Shown here: in pieces, positions 13,377-21,132 of the stretch
Position numbering within the stretch: position 1 is the first letter of the stretch
Layout: every line of letters starts with the position of its first letter
DNA from: Candidatus Omnitrophota bacterium
GTDB taxonomy: Bacteria > Omnitrophota > Gorgyraeia > Gygaellales > Profunditerraquicolaceae
Direction: 5' to 3'
NCBI GenBank assembly: GCA_963805065.1
Contig: CAWDSS010000010.1
Coordinates: 664,359-728,358, forward strand
Length of the DNA stretch: 64,000 bases
Translations under genes and position numbers: made by a program
The notes under the pieces: generated by a model
The model's database searches: none
Told to the model about the DNA's origin: nothing
The model's input: the letters and a program-made list of their open reading frames with translations, nothing else

Positions 13377-13591
13377 TGCTTAAGCAAATACCCCTTAGCC
13401 TTATTAGCATATATCAAAGGTATATAAGATTGATTTTGCCTTCGAGTTGCCGCTTTTCACCCAGCTGCTCCGAATACGCAAGGCAGGCAATTATAAAGTA
13501 CGGCTTTGTTAAAGGCTCTTTAAAAGGCGCAAAAAGACTTTTTTTGTGTCATCCCCTTTCCCACAAAGCCGGATACGATCCCTTAATATAA
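13376..13591 (+). CDS. yidD: membrane protein insertion efficiency factor YidD
   Basis: 71 aa with the conserved CRFxPSCSEY motif (SCRFSPSCSEYARQAI). The start overlaps the rpmH stop (TAATG). Confidence 0.85.
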   Translation: MLKQIPLSLISIYQRYIRLILPSSCRFSPSCSEYARQAIIKYGFVKGSLKGAKRLFLCHPLSHKAGYDPLI

Positions 13592-13594
13592 CTT

Positions 13595-15121
13595 ATGGAA
13601 AAACGTTTAATTTTAGCTATTGCACTATCATTATTAATACTACTTTCCTGGTCTGCGTTCGTCTCCAAAATATATCATATTGAAAATAAAGAAGTTACAA
13701 CTACAAAAACCGAGCTCCCCAAGGCCGAATCCAGCCCGAATATAACCCCTGCAGAAATCGCTGAGCAAGAAATACCCCCCTCTTCTTTATCAAAATTTGT
13801 GGGAGAAAAATTTACCATTACCTTTGTTGATTCCGCAGCTGCAATTAAGGAAGTAAAATTTCATAACCACCAGGATTATAATTTCCTACTGGTTAATGGA
13901 TTCATGTTAGGCGATAAGGCGCTTCAGTTTAAGAGGACTAGTTCATCAGATGACACGGTAACATTTGTCTGCGACGGCCCTATCTATCGCATTACAAAAA
14001 TATTTACAATACATAACTCTAATTATACCATGGAGTTATATATTAAAATCCAGAACATTTCTCAAGACGCGGTAAAACTTGAATTGCCCTTGATGTTAGG
14101 AACACTGGACTTCTCCTCCAACAGTATGGATTCCCGCTATCAAGATGTGGCTGCTGAAACCCAGGAAAAGATTGTGCACTTGAATGCGCAAAAAAATACA
14201 GACATTCAGGATATTAAATTTTTAGCCATCAGAGACAGATATTTTTGTGCGATTGTTGAGCCTGGTGAAAATACCTGGAATGCTTTTGTGCGCAAAGGCA
14301 ACTCAAAAAAATCAGAAGCCGGCTTAAATTTACAGTCCATGTCTCTGGTACCCAGCCAACAGGTTGAGAAAAAATTCTCTATCTATTTGGGGCCACAGGA
14401 TTTAAAACTAATCAACAGCATTAAGCCTAGCTGGTCTGCAATAATTTATTATGGCACCTTTGATTTCATTGCGCAATTGCTGTTACAGCTATTGGGATTT
14501 TTGTATGGCCTAGTGCATAATTGGGGTTGGGCAATTGTATTATTAAGCCTGTTAATCTATTTTATCCTATACCCCTTAACTTTAAAGCAAATGCGCTCTA
14601 TGAAAGAAATGCAGATTCTGCAGCCTAAAGTCGAAGAATTACGCAAAACTTATAAAGACAACCCGCAAAAGTTAAATAAAGAAATCATGGAATTATACCG
14701 GGTACACAAGGTTAATCCTTTAGGCGGATGCTTACCGCTGTTATTACAAATGCCCATATTTTTTGCTCTTTATCAGGCTTTAATGCGTTCGGTGGCTTTA
14801 AAAGGAGCGCATTTCTTGTGGATAAAAGATTTGTCCCAGCCGGATCGCCTATTCGTAATTCCTGCAACCTTACCGGTTTTGGGCAATGAAATTAACATTT
14901 TGCCGATAATTATGACAATAGGTATGTTTATACAACAAAAATTCACTATGGCCACAGCAACTTCTGGTACTTCAGCTGAGCAGCAAAAAATCATGATGTT
15001 GGTTATGCCGTTAATGTTTGGATTGATTTTTTACCATATGCCAGCTGGTTTAGTGTTGTACTGGTTTATCAACAGTACGCTAATGTTAATATACCAGATT
15101 CGTATAAGCAGAACAAAATGA
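13595..15121 (+). CDS. yidC: membrane protein insertase YidC
   Basis: 508 aa with an N-terminal TM helix, a periplasmic domain and the C-terminal 60-kDa insertase core (...NPLGGCLPLLLQMPIFFALY...). Confidence 0.92.
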   Translation: MEKRLILAIALSLLILLSWSAFVSKIYHIENKEVTTTKTELPKAESSPNITPAEIAEQEIPPSSLSKFVGEKFTITFVDSAAAIKEVKFHNHQDYNFLLVNGFMLGDKALQFKRTSSSDDTVTFVCDGPIYRITKIFTIHNSNYTMELYIKIQNISQDAVKLELPLMLGTLDFSSNSMDSRYQDVAAETQEKIVHLNAQKNTDIQDIKFLAIRDRYFCAIVEPGENTWNAFVRKGNSKKSEAGLNLQSMSLVPSQQVEKKFSIYLGPQDLKLINSIKPSWSAIIYYGTFDFIAQLLLQLLGFLYGLVHNWGWAIVLLSLLIYFILYPLTLKQMRSMKEMQILQPKVEELRKTYKDNPQKLNKEIMELYRVHKVNPLGGCLPLLLQMPIFFALYQALMRSVALKGAHFLWIKDLSQPDRLFVIPATLPVLGNEINILPIIMTIGMFIQQKFTMATATSGTSAEQQKIMMLVMPLMFGLIFYHMPAGLVLYWFINSTLMLIYQIRISRTK

Positions 15122-15318
15122 CACAAAAAACATCTATTGAAGTAGAGGGAAAAACAGTAGAAGAAGCAATTAAAAAGGCACTTAAAGAATTAAAGCTTGC
15201 CAGAAGCAAGGTAAAAATAGAGGTACTTTCCGAAGAAGAAAAAGGCTTATTTGGTATGCCTGGCGCAAAGCCAGCTAAAGTCAGGGTGAGCTTAAAAGAG
15301 AGCAAAGAAAATACTTGA
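15118..15318 (+). CDS. Jag/KhpB N-terminal-domain protein (short; no KH/R3H domains)
   Basis: 66 aa reading IEVEGKTVEEAIKKALKELKL...VKIEVLSEEEKGLFG, which matches the Jag_N pattern. It sits in the conserved position after yidC with an ATGA overlap. Confidence 0.7.
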   Translation: MTQKTSIEVEGKTVEEAIKKALKELKLARSKVKIEVLSEEEKGLFGMPGAKPAKVRVSLKESKENT

Positions 15319-15342
15319 CAACGCAGCTATTTTTAAGATAAT
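15315..15342 (+). promoter_or_regulatory. possible promoter of parAB
   Basis: TTGACA (15315-15320), 16 nt, GATAAT (15337-15342). Confidence 0.35.
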
Positions 15343-15397
15343 AGAAGTATAATTAACGTAGTTTCGCGTGGAACATCGCGTAACTATCGAAATATCA

Positions 15398-16183
15398 ATG
15401 GGTAAGATTATTACAATTTGTAATCAGAAGGGCGGCACAGGAAAAACAACCTCGGCAATTAATCTGGCTGCATATCTTGCTATGGCCGGCAAGAAAGTTA
15501 TGCTTATTGATTTGGATCCCCAGGCCAATGCTACCAGCGGCATAGGAATAAATAAACACAATATCAAACAAAGTACTTACCATGTTCTTTTGGAAGAGCT
15601 GGAAATCAAAGAAATTCTTCAGTCCACGGCAATTAATAATCTATTATTAGCGCCATCTAATTTGGACTTGACTGGCGCAGAAGTGGAATTAGTAGGCGCC
15701 CTAGGAAGAGAATACAGGCTAAAAAGAGCCCTGGTTAAAGAAAAAGATAACTTTGATTTTCTGCTTATTGATTCACCGCCTTCCTTAGGCTTATTAACTA
15801 TTAATGGATTGTGTGCAGCTGACTCTGTGCTTATTCCTGTTCAGTGTGAATATTATGCACTGGAGGGATTAACGCAACTCACTAATACTGTTAAACTTAT
15901 AAAGGATAATTTAAACCCTAATCTGGTTATTGAAGGCGTATTGCTGACCATGGCGGATTTCCGGACTAATCTAACTAAAGAAGTTATTCAAGAAGCAAGA
16001 AATTATTTTAAAGATAAAGTTTATACAACCGTGATCCCGCGCAATATTCGCTTAACCGAGGCCCCGAGTTTTGGCAAGCCGATTCTCTTGTATGATAAAG
16101 ATTCTTTAGGCGCCCAAAAATATGAGGAGCTAAGCAGGGAAATGTTAGGTATGCCATTAACTACACCATCACAAATATCTTAA
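15398..16183 (+). CDS. parA: chromosome partitioning ATPase ParA/Soj
   Basis: Deviant Walker A NQKGGTGKTT. The track ORF starts at the GTG at 15368. The ATG at 15398 (MGKIITICNQKGG) fits the family N-terminus. Confidence 0.92.
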   Translation: MGKIITICNQKGGTGKTTSAINLAAYLAMAGKKVMLIDLDPQANATSGIGINKHNIKQSTYHVLLEELEIKEILQSTAINNLLLAPSNLDLTGAEVELVGALGREYRLKRALVKEKDNFDFLLIDSPPSLGLLTINGLCAADSVLIPVQCEYYALEGLTQLTNTVKLIKDNLNPNLVIEGVLLTMADFRTNLTKEVIQEARNYFKDKVYTTVIPRNIRLTEAPSFGKPILLYDKDSLGAQKYEELSREMLGMPLTTPSQIS

Positions 16184-16227
16184 CACCCGGCCTTATTGGA
16201 TAGGCCGGTGTGCGCTTCTGCGCAAGG
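16183..16227 (+). repeat. ~45-nt double-hairpin motif, copy 1
   Basis: ACACCCGGCCTTATTGGATAGGCCGGTGTGCGCTTCTGCGCAAGGA aligns with 39974-40021. It lies directly before the parB RBS. Confidence 0.75.
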
Positions 16228-16237
16228 AGAAGATTGA

Positions 16238-17099
16238 ATGGAAAGAAAAGCCTTAGGCAAAGGAATCAGCGCTTTAATACCGGAAAGGCCGGAAAAGGAA
16301 TCAACTCATAGAACTGAGATTATATATGTCCAAACTGAGCAGATTAAGACAAACCCTTTTCAGCCGCGAGAAGATTTTGATACTCAGAGTATTGAAGAGT
16401 TGGCCCAGTCTATTAAAGAAAAGGGAGTGATCCAACCATTATTAGTGAGGCGAAAAGGCGATTCATACGAACTTATAGCCGGAGAAAGAAGGTTACGTGC
16501 TGCTAACATATTGAATTTAAAAGAGTTACCAATAATTGTCAAAGATGTAGAGGACCGCGATTCTTTAGAAATGGCTTTAATTGAAAATATTCAAAGGCAA
16601 GGGTTGAACCCGATTGAAGAAGCCCATGCTTATCAATATCTCATCGAGAAGTTTCAGGTCACCCAAGATAAAATCAGCGAGGTTTTGGGTAAGGCCAGGG
16701 TCTCTATCACTAATACTTTACGTTTGTTGAAATTGCCGCTGGAGGTGCAGGCAGAAATTAAGAAGGGGCGCATTTCTTTTGCCCACGGCAGGGCTTTATT
16801 AGAAATAGAAGACGCAAATCAGCAGCGCCGTCTTATGCAGGAAATTATTTCCAAGGATTTATCAGTAAGAGAGCTGGAGAATTTAATTAAGTCCCATAGG
16901 CCAAGGGGCATGAAGCGCAAGATAGGATTATCGCCCAGAGACCCTTCAGTGATGATTCTGGAAGAAGAGCTGCAGCATGTTTTGGCACCAAGGTAAGGAT
17001 AAGCAAAAGAAAAAAGCGCGGCCATATTTTAATTGAATTCTATTCCCAGGAGGAACTGGAGCGGATTATGAGCGTCCTGAGAGGAGGCAAGACCACATG
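16238..17099 (+). pseudogene. parB: chromosome partitioning protein ParB/Spo0J, single frameshift near 16984
   Basis: The ParB-box motif GERRLRAA is present. The ORF stops at 16996 (...LQHVLAPR*). The +2 frame continues with the canonical ParB C-terminus GTKVRISKRKKRGHILIEFYSQEELERIMSVL, ending at a TGA that overlaps the ndk ATG. One G appears to be missing in TTTTGG(G)CACC. Confidence 0.88.
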
Positions 17100-17600
17100 A
17101 ACCAGGCAGCCCTGATTCTCATAAAACCCGACGGGCTCAAAAAATCCCTGACCGGGAATATCCTCACGCGGTTATCTGAAACAAAATTGGAAATCGTAGC
17201 AGCCAAGATGGTGCGCGTATCTAAGAACCTGGCTGAAGAACACTATAAGCACCTCAAAGGCAAGCCCTTTTTTGGGGACCTGGTAAAATATATTCAAGGA
17301 GAACTGCATGATAGGAAAAAAGTCATGGCATTAGTATATTGGGGAAAGGATGCAATAAAAAAATGCCGGGAGCTCGCCGGTGCAACAAACCCGGAGGAAG
17401 CAGAACCCACTTCCATAAGAGGCTCTTATGGCAGGATTACTACATCCGGCGTTTATGAAAATGTCATCCATGTTTCTTCGAATGAGCCTGAGGCAGAACG
17501 CGAGATAAAGCTGTGGTTTGAACCGCAGGAGATAATCGTGGATTTGTATCCTGCAAAACAAATTATCGAGAAAGATTGCAAAAAATCAATTTGGGCTTAA
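17097..17600 (+). CDS. ndk: nucleoside-diphosphate kinase
   Basis: 167 aa containing ALILIKPDG...SIRGSYG...NVIHVSS (active-site His region). Confidence 0.88.
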   Translation: MNQAALILIKPDGLKKSLTGNILTRLSETKLEIVAAKMVRVSKNLAEEHYKHLKGKPFFGDLVKYIQGELHDRKKVMALVYWGKDAIKKCRELAGATNPEEAEPTSIRGSYGRITTSGVYENVIHVSSNEPEAEREIKLWFEPQEIIVDLYPAKQIIEKDCKKSIWA

Positions 17601-17624
17601 AAGAAAAAGGAGTAAATTAATCCT

Positions 17625-18449
17625 ATGCAAAGCATGACTGGTTTTGGAAGCAGGGAGGCAGAGGTTGCGGGCCTGGGTAAAATTAGCGTCGAGCTAAGAA
17701 GCACGAACCATAAATTCTTAGAGATAGTGTTCCATTTGCCCGAGGGGTTTTTGTCCCTGGAAGACAGGATAAAAAAACTTATTGAGTCGAAAATCAAAAG
17801 AGGAAGGCTGATATGTTCAATAAATATAACCGGCACAAATTCAGCCAGCCTGCAGATTAATAAGGGCCTGCTTAAACAGTATTTGTCCAGCTTAAAAAAT
17901 ATTAAAAGAGAGTTCGGCATTCACGATGAAATCAGCTTTAACACATTAATACATTTACCCGGCATTTTATCTGCCGCGGAAAACAAAAGCCTTGGGCCCA
18001 GTATCTGGCCGCGCTTAAAAATCTTAGCCAGCCAGGCACTTGAGGAATTGGTTAAGACACGCCAGAAAGAAGGCAAAGCCCTGTTTGTGCACTTGAAAAA
18101 CCGGGCAGAAGCGCTTCAAGCAAACCTTGGCTACATTAGAGCCAGATTCAAAAAAGCAATTAAGGATAAGCTTAGCCAATTAAATTCGGATGAGGAGCGC
18201 TCAAGCTTTTTAAAAGATACGGATATTTCTGAAGAAATAGAGAGATTGGCATTCCACATCCAGAATTTCAGGAACAGGCTTTCTAGGCAAGAGCCCATAG
18301 GCAAAGAACTTGATTTCATCGCGCAGGAGATGCAGCGCGAAGCAAATACTATGGCAGCAAAGTCTTTTGATATAGCTGTGTCAGCAAGGGTTATCCAGGT
18401 TAAAAGCCAGGTAGAAAAGATCCGCGAACAAGTACAAAATATAGAATAA
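17625..18449 (+). CDS. yicC: YicC-family stress-induced protein (endoribonuclease YicC-like)
   Basis: 274 aa with the family N-terminus MQSMTGFG and the C-terminal DUF1732-like ELDFIAQEMQREANTMAAKS. Confidence 0.8.
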   Translation: MQSMTGFGSREAEVAGLGKISVELRSTNHKFLEIVFHLPEGFLSLEDRIKKLIESKIKRGRLICSINITGTNSASLQINKGLLKQYLSSLKNIKREFGIHDEISFNTLIHLPGILSAAENKSLGPSIWPRLKILASQALEELVKTRQKEGKALFVHLKNRAEALQANLGYIRARFKKAIKDKLSQLNSDEERSSFLKDTDISEEIERLAFHIQNFRNRLSRQEPIGKELDFIAQEMQREANTMAAKSFDIAVSARVIQVKSQVEKIREQVQNIE

Positions 18450-19091
18450 GTGGCGCCTAATCGTAATACAAGTTGCGGCTTAATATTTGTTATTTCCGGG
18501 CCGTCTGGCTCGGGTAAAACTACGCTGCGCGATAAGCTTCTTACGGATAGAGATTTAAGGGGGCAGTTTGTAAAATCAGTTTCCTTTACCACCCGCCAGA
18601 AGCGGTCCGGGGAAAGAAACAGAAAAGATTATTTGTTTATAACCGAGGGGGAATTTAAGAAGCGCTTAAGAGCGAAAAAAATTCTTGAATGGACAAAATA
18701 TTTGGGTTATTATTACGCCACATCCAAAGATTTTGTAGATAAGCAACTGGCAAATTGTAAGAATATTATTCTTTGCCTGGATTTAAAAGGCGCTTTAAGG
18801 ATAAAAAGGCTTTATCCAAATAATTCCCTAACCATTTTTATTGTTCCTCCGTCGATAAAATCGTTGCGGCAGCGTATTGAAGGCCGCTGTAACAGGACCA
18901 AGAAAGAAGAGATTCAAAAACGTTTAAGGCTTGCCAAGAAGGAATTGTCCTGCGCAGGCAAATACGATTTTACCGTAGTGAACAAAAATTTATCACAGGC
19001 TGTAAGAGAGTTAAAAGGGATTATATTAAAGAGTGCAAAAAGAAAAGGGGACGTTTCTATTTTTAACGTCTCCAGGGAAATGGAAAAATAG
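18450..19091 (+). CDS. gmk: guanylate kinase
   Basis: P-loop ISGPSGSGKTTL and YYYATSKDF motifs. The last ~16 codons (KRKGDVSIFNVSREMEK) are encoded by a repeated hairpin element. Confidence 0.88.
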   Translation: MAPNRNTSCGLIFVISGPSGSGKTTLRDKLLTDRDLRGQFVKSVSFTTRQKRSGERNRKDYLFITEGEFKKRLRAKKILEWTKYLGYYYATSKDFVDKQLANCKNIILCLDLKGALRIKRLYPNNSLTIFIVPPSIKSLRQRIEGRCNRTKKEEIQKRLRLAKKELSCAGKYDFTVVNKNLSQAVRELKGIILKSAKRKGDVSIFNVSREMEK

Positions 19092-19108
19092 AAACGTCCC
19101 CTTTATTT
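19044..19108 (+). terminator. conserved hairpin / intrinsic-terminator-like repeat, copy 1
   Basis: AAAGGGGACGTTTCTATTTTT, a ~19-nt loop, then AAAAATAGAAACGTCCCCTTTATTTT. The stems are identical to copy 2 at 44394-44458. Confidence 0.75.
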
Positions 19109-19144
19109 TCGTTAAACGTTACACAAATATAGCGAGGTAAAAAT

Positions 19145-19354
19145 ATGGGTTATGTAGCACTGGAAAAGCTTTTGGATAAAAGCTGCAACTCTATTTACAA
19201 ACTGGTGATCTTAGCGTCAAAACGGGCATTAGAGATTGCTGAAGGCCAGCCTAAACTGGTAGTGGTAAATGCCTCCATAAAACCTTCTACTGTTGCGCTT
19301 TATGAAATTGCCGAGGGCAAAGTGTATTGCAAAAAATTAAAACAGAGGGATTAA
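19145..19354 (+). CDS. rpoZ: DNA-directed RNA polymerase subunit omega
   Basis: 69 aa reading ...NSIYKLVILASKRALEI.... It sits in the conserved gmk-rpoZ arrangement. Confidence 0.8.
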   Translation: MGYVALEKLLDKSCNSIYKLVILASKRALEIAEGQPKLVVVNASIKPSTVALYEIAEGKVYCKKLKQRD

Positions 19355-19361
19355 TACTTCC

Positions 19362-19901
19362 GTGGCCAGAGAAAAGAACATAATTTTAGGGGTAAGCGCC
19401 AGCATTGCAATTTACAAGGCTTGCGATATTGTGCGCAGGCTCAAAGACGAGGGGTTTTCTGTCAGCGTAATAATGACGCGCGAGTCAGAAGAGCTAATCA
19501 AGCCCATTGTTTTTCAGAGCCTGTCCGGAAACAAGACCTATACAGGATTATTCGAAATGCCCGAGACCTGGCAGATAGAGCATGTGTCCTTGGCTAAAAA
19601 AGCTGATTTGGTTTTACTGGCTCCGGCAACCGCCAATATTATAGCAAAAATTGCCGGGGGAATTTGCGACGACTTATTAACCTGTGTTATCTGCGCAACC
19701 CAGGCGCCTGTTTTAATCTGCCCGGCGATGAACGAGAATATGTATAAAAATAAAATTACCCAGGGCAACATTCTTAAACTTAAATCCTTGGGTTACAACT
19801 TTGTAGAGCCTAGGACAGGCAAGCTTGCTTGCGGAGAAACAGGCGTTGGCTGTTTGGCAGAGGCAGAGGCCATAATTAAAGAAGTTAAAAAGATTCTTTA
19901 A
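19362..19901 (+). CDS. coaC: phosphopantothenoylcysteine decarboxylase-type flavoprotein (CoaC domain only)
   Basis: 179 aa with ILGVSASIAIYKACDIVRRL...PAMNENM.... Only the flavoprotein (CoaBC N-terminal) half is present. Confidence 0.78.
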   Translation: MAREKNIILGVSASIAIYKACDIVRRLKDEGFSVSVIMTRESEELIKPIVFQSLSGNKTYTGLFEMPETWQIEHVSLAKKADLVLLAPATANIIAKIAGGICDDLLTCVICATQAPVLICPAMNENMYKNKITQGNILKLKSLGYNFVEPRTGKLACGETGVGCLAEAEAIIKEVKKIL

Positions 19902-19909
19902 TATAGTTT

Positions 19910-19984
19910 GGCGACGTAGCCAAGTGGTAAGGCAGCTCTCTGCAAAAGAGCTATTCAGCGGTTCGAATCCGCTCGTCGCCTCCA
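19910..19984 (+). tRNA. tRNA-Cys (anticodon GCA), CCA encoded
   Basis: GGCGACGTAGCCAAGTGGTAAGGCAGCTCTCTGCAAAAGAGCTATTCAGCGGTTCGAATCCGCTCGTCGCCTCCA forms a perfect cloverleaf with anticodon loop CTGCAAA. Confidence 0.93.
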
Positions 19985-20142
19985 TTTAATTTTCCGATAA
20001 GGAAAATTTTATGGATACTCACGCGAGCGTCGCGAGGCAGTCCCTCGGTCTCCGACCTCGGGATAATTCACCTGCAAGTTATAGCGGGTGAATTAACAAG
20101 CTGCGCAGTGAACGGGGTATCTAAGCAAGGGGTCAAAATTAG

Positions 20143-20817
20143 ATGCCTAATAAAAGAAAAGTTTTAAAAATTGAAGGAGCAAATCTTTGGTATTTGGTGG
20201 GGCTAATTGCAAGCGATGGATCTTTGTCTATGGATGGGAGACATATTAATATTACTTCTAAAGATGAGTTTTTTCTTAAGAAAGTTATCTTAATGACACG
20301 ACTTGAAAATAAAATAGGAATAAAAAATAAAGGTAAAATTAATCAGGCTTTTCAAATTCAATTTTCCAATAAAAACCTCTATGAATTTTTATTGTCGGTG
20401 GGCTTGACGCCAAAAAAATCTTTAAGTTTAGGCAAGTTAGATATTCCAAAAGAATTCTTTATCGATTTTTTAAGAGGTTTAATTGACGGGGATGGGTCCA
20501 TACGCAGTTGGATACATCCAACAAATTTACATGAGCAATGGTCATTAAGAATTTTTTCTGGCTCAAATGTATTCATAGCGTGGTTAAAGTCGCAAATAGA
20601 AGGATATTTTGGCTGTAAAGGTAAAATTCACTCAGCTCTTAGGCCTGAGCGAGAGAATTTGATTTACACTTTGAAATATGGCAAGATAGCTGCAAAAAAG
20701 ATTTTGAAAAACTGTTACTACAAAAATGCACTCGGTTTAGATAGAAAAACGCACTTAGCACAAAAATGCTGTTCTTCTTACGCTGGATGGCAACAAAGTA
20801 AAACAGTTTTTAATTAA
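20143..20817 (+). CDS. LAGLIDADG-family homing endonuclease (two-motif, monomeric type)
   Basis: 224 aa with two dodecapeptide motifs: LVGLIASDGSL (N-terminal half) and LRGLIDGDGSI (C-terminal half). Confidence 0.85.
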   Translation: MPNKRKVLKIEGANLWYLVGLIASDGSLSMDGRHINITSKDEFFLKKVILMTRLENKIGIKNKGKINQAFQIQFSNKNLYEFLLSVGLTPKKSLSLGKLDIPKEFFIDFLRGLIDGDGSIRSWIHPTNLHEQWSLRIFSGSNVFIAWLKSQIEGYFGCKGKIHSALRPERENLIYTLKYGKIAAKKILKNCYYKNALGLDRKTHLAQKCCSSYAGWQQSKTVFN

Positions 20818-20826
20818 AATTTAATC

Positions 20827-20910
20827 GCCGGGGTGGCGAAACTGGCAAACGCACGGGATTTAAAATCCCGCGACCGTAAGGTCTTGTGGGTTCAATTCCC
20901 TCCCCCGGCA
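20827..20910 (+). tRNA. tRNA-Leu (anticodon UAA), long variable arm
   Basis: GCCGGGGTGGCGAAACTGGCAAACGCACGGGATTTAAAATCCCGCGACCGTAAGGTCTTGTGGGTTCAATTCCCTCCCCCGGCA. The anticodon loop is TTTAAAA. There is one T-T mismatch in the T stem. CCA is not encoded. Confidence 0.85.
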
Positions 20911-21049
20911 CTTGGACTCATAGCTCTAGTCCCGAAAACAGCAATGGATAAATGGCTGATTCGGGATTTCGCAGGGACACCGAATAAATCTAAGCCTTTG
21001 TCATTGGTTTACTAGGTGTTCGCTATGAGCATTAACAAGTTAGAGGTCT

Positions 21050-21126
21050 GGGCTCATAGCTCAGTTGGTTAGAGCGTTGCGTTGACATCGCAAAGGTCTG
21101 AGGTCCGAATCCTCATGGGCCCACCA
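21050..21126 (+). tRNA. tRNA-Val (anticodon GAC), CCA encoded
   Basis: GGGCTCATAGCTCAGTTGGTTAGAGCGTTGCGTTGACATCGCAAAGGTCTGAGGTCCGAATCCTCATGGGCCCACCA. The T loop reads TCCGAAT (C at the near-universal U55 position), which could be real or a base error. Confidence 0.8.
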
Positions 21127-21132
21127 GAAAAT

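Noticed and set aside
15069-15305. The minus-strand 78-aa ORF overlapping the yidC end and jag, and other 60-80-aa ORFs inside long genes.
   Set aside because: They are antisense to well-supported genes in a region where every real gene is on the plus strand. They have no RBS or motif.
20827-20910. The classic group I intron in tRNA-Leu(UAA), as host of the adjacent LAGLIDADG gene.
   Set aside because: The tRNA-Leu anticodon loop (TTTAAAA) is uninterrupted and the cloverleaf is complete. The endonuclease gene lies wholly upstream of the tRNA 5' end.
20911-21132. A T-box leader or an E. coli-type tRNA-mimic operator controlling thrS.
   Set aside because: There is no T-box consensus (AGGGUGGNACCGCG) or specifier/antiterminator arrangement. 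The tRNA-like sequence next to thrS is a complete tRNA-Val (GAC) with a CCA end, not a tRNA-Thr anticodon-arm mimic.
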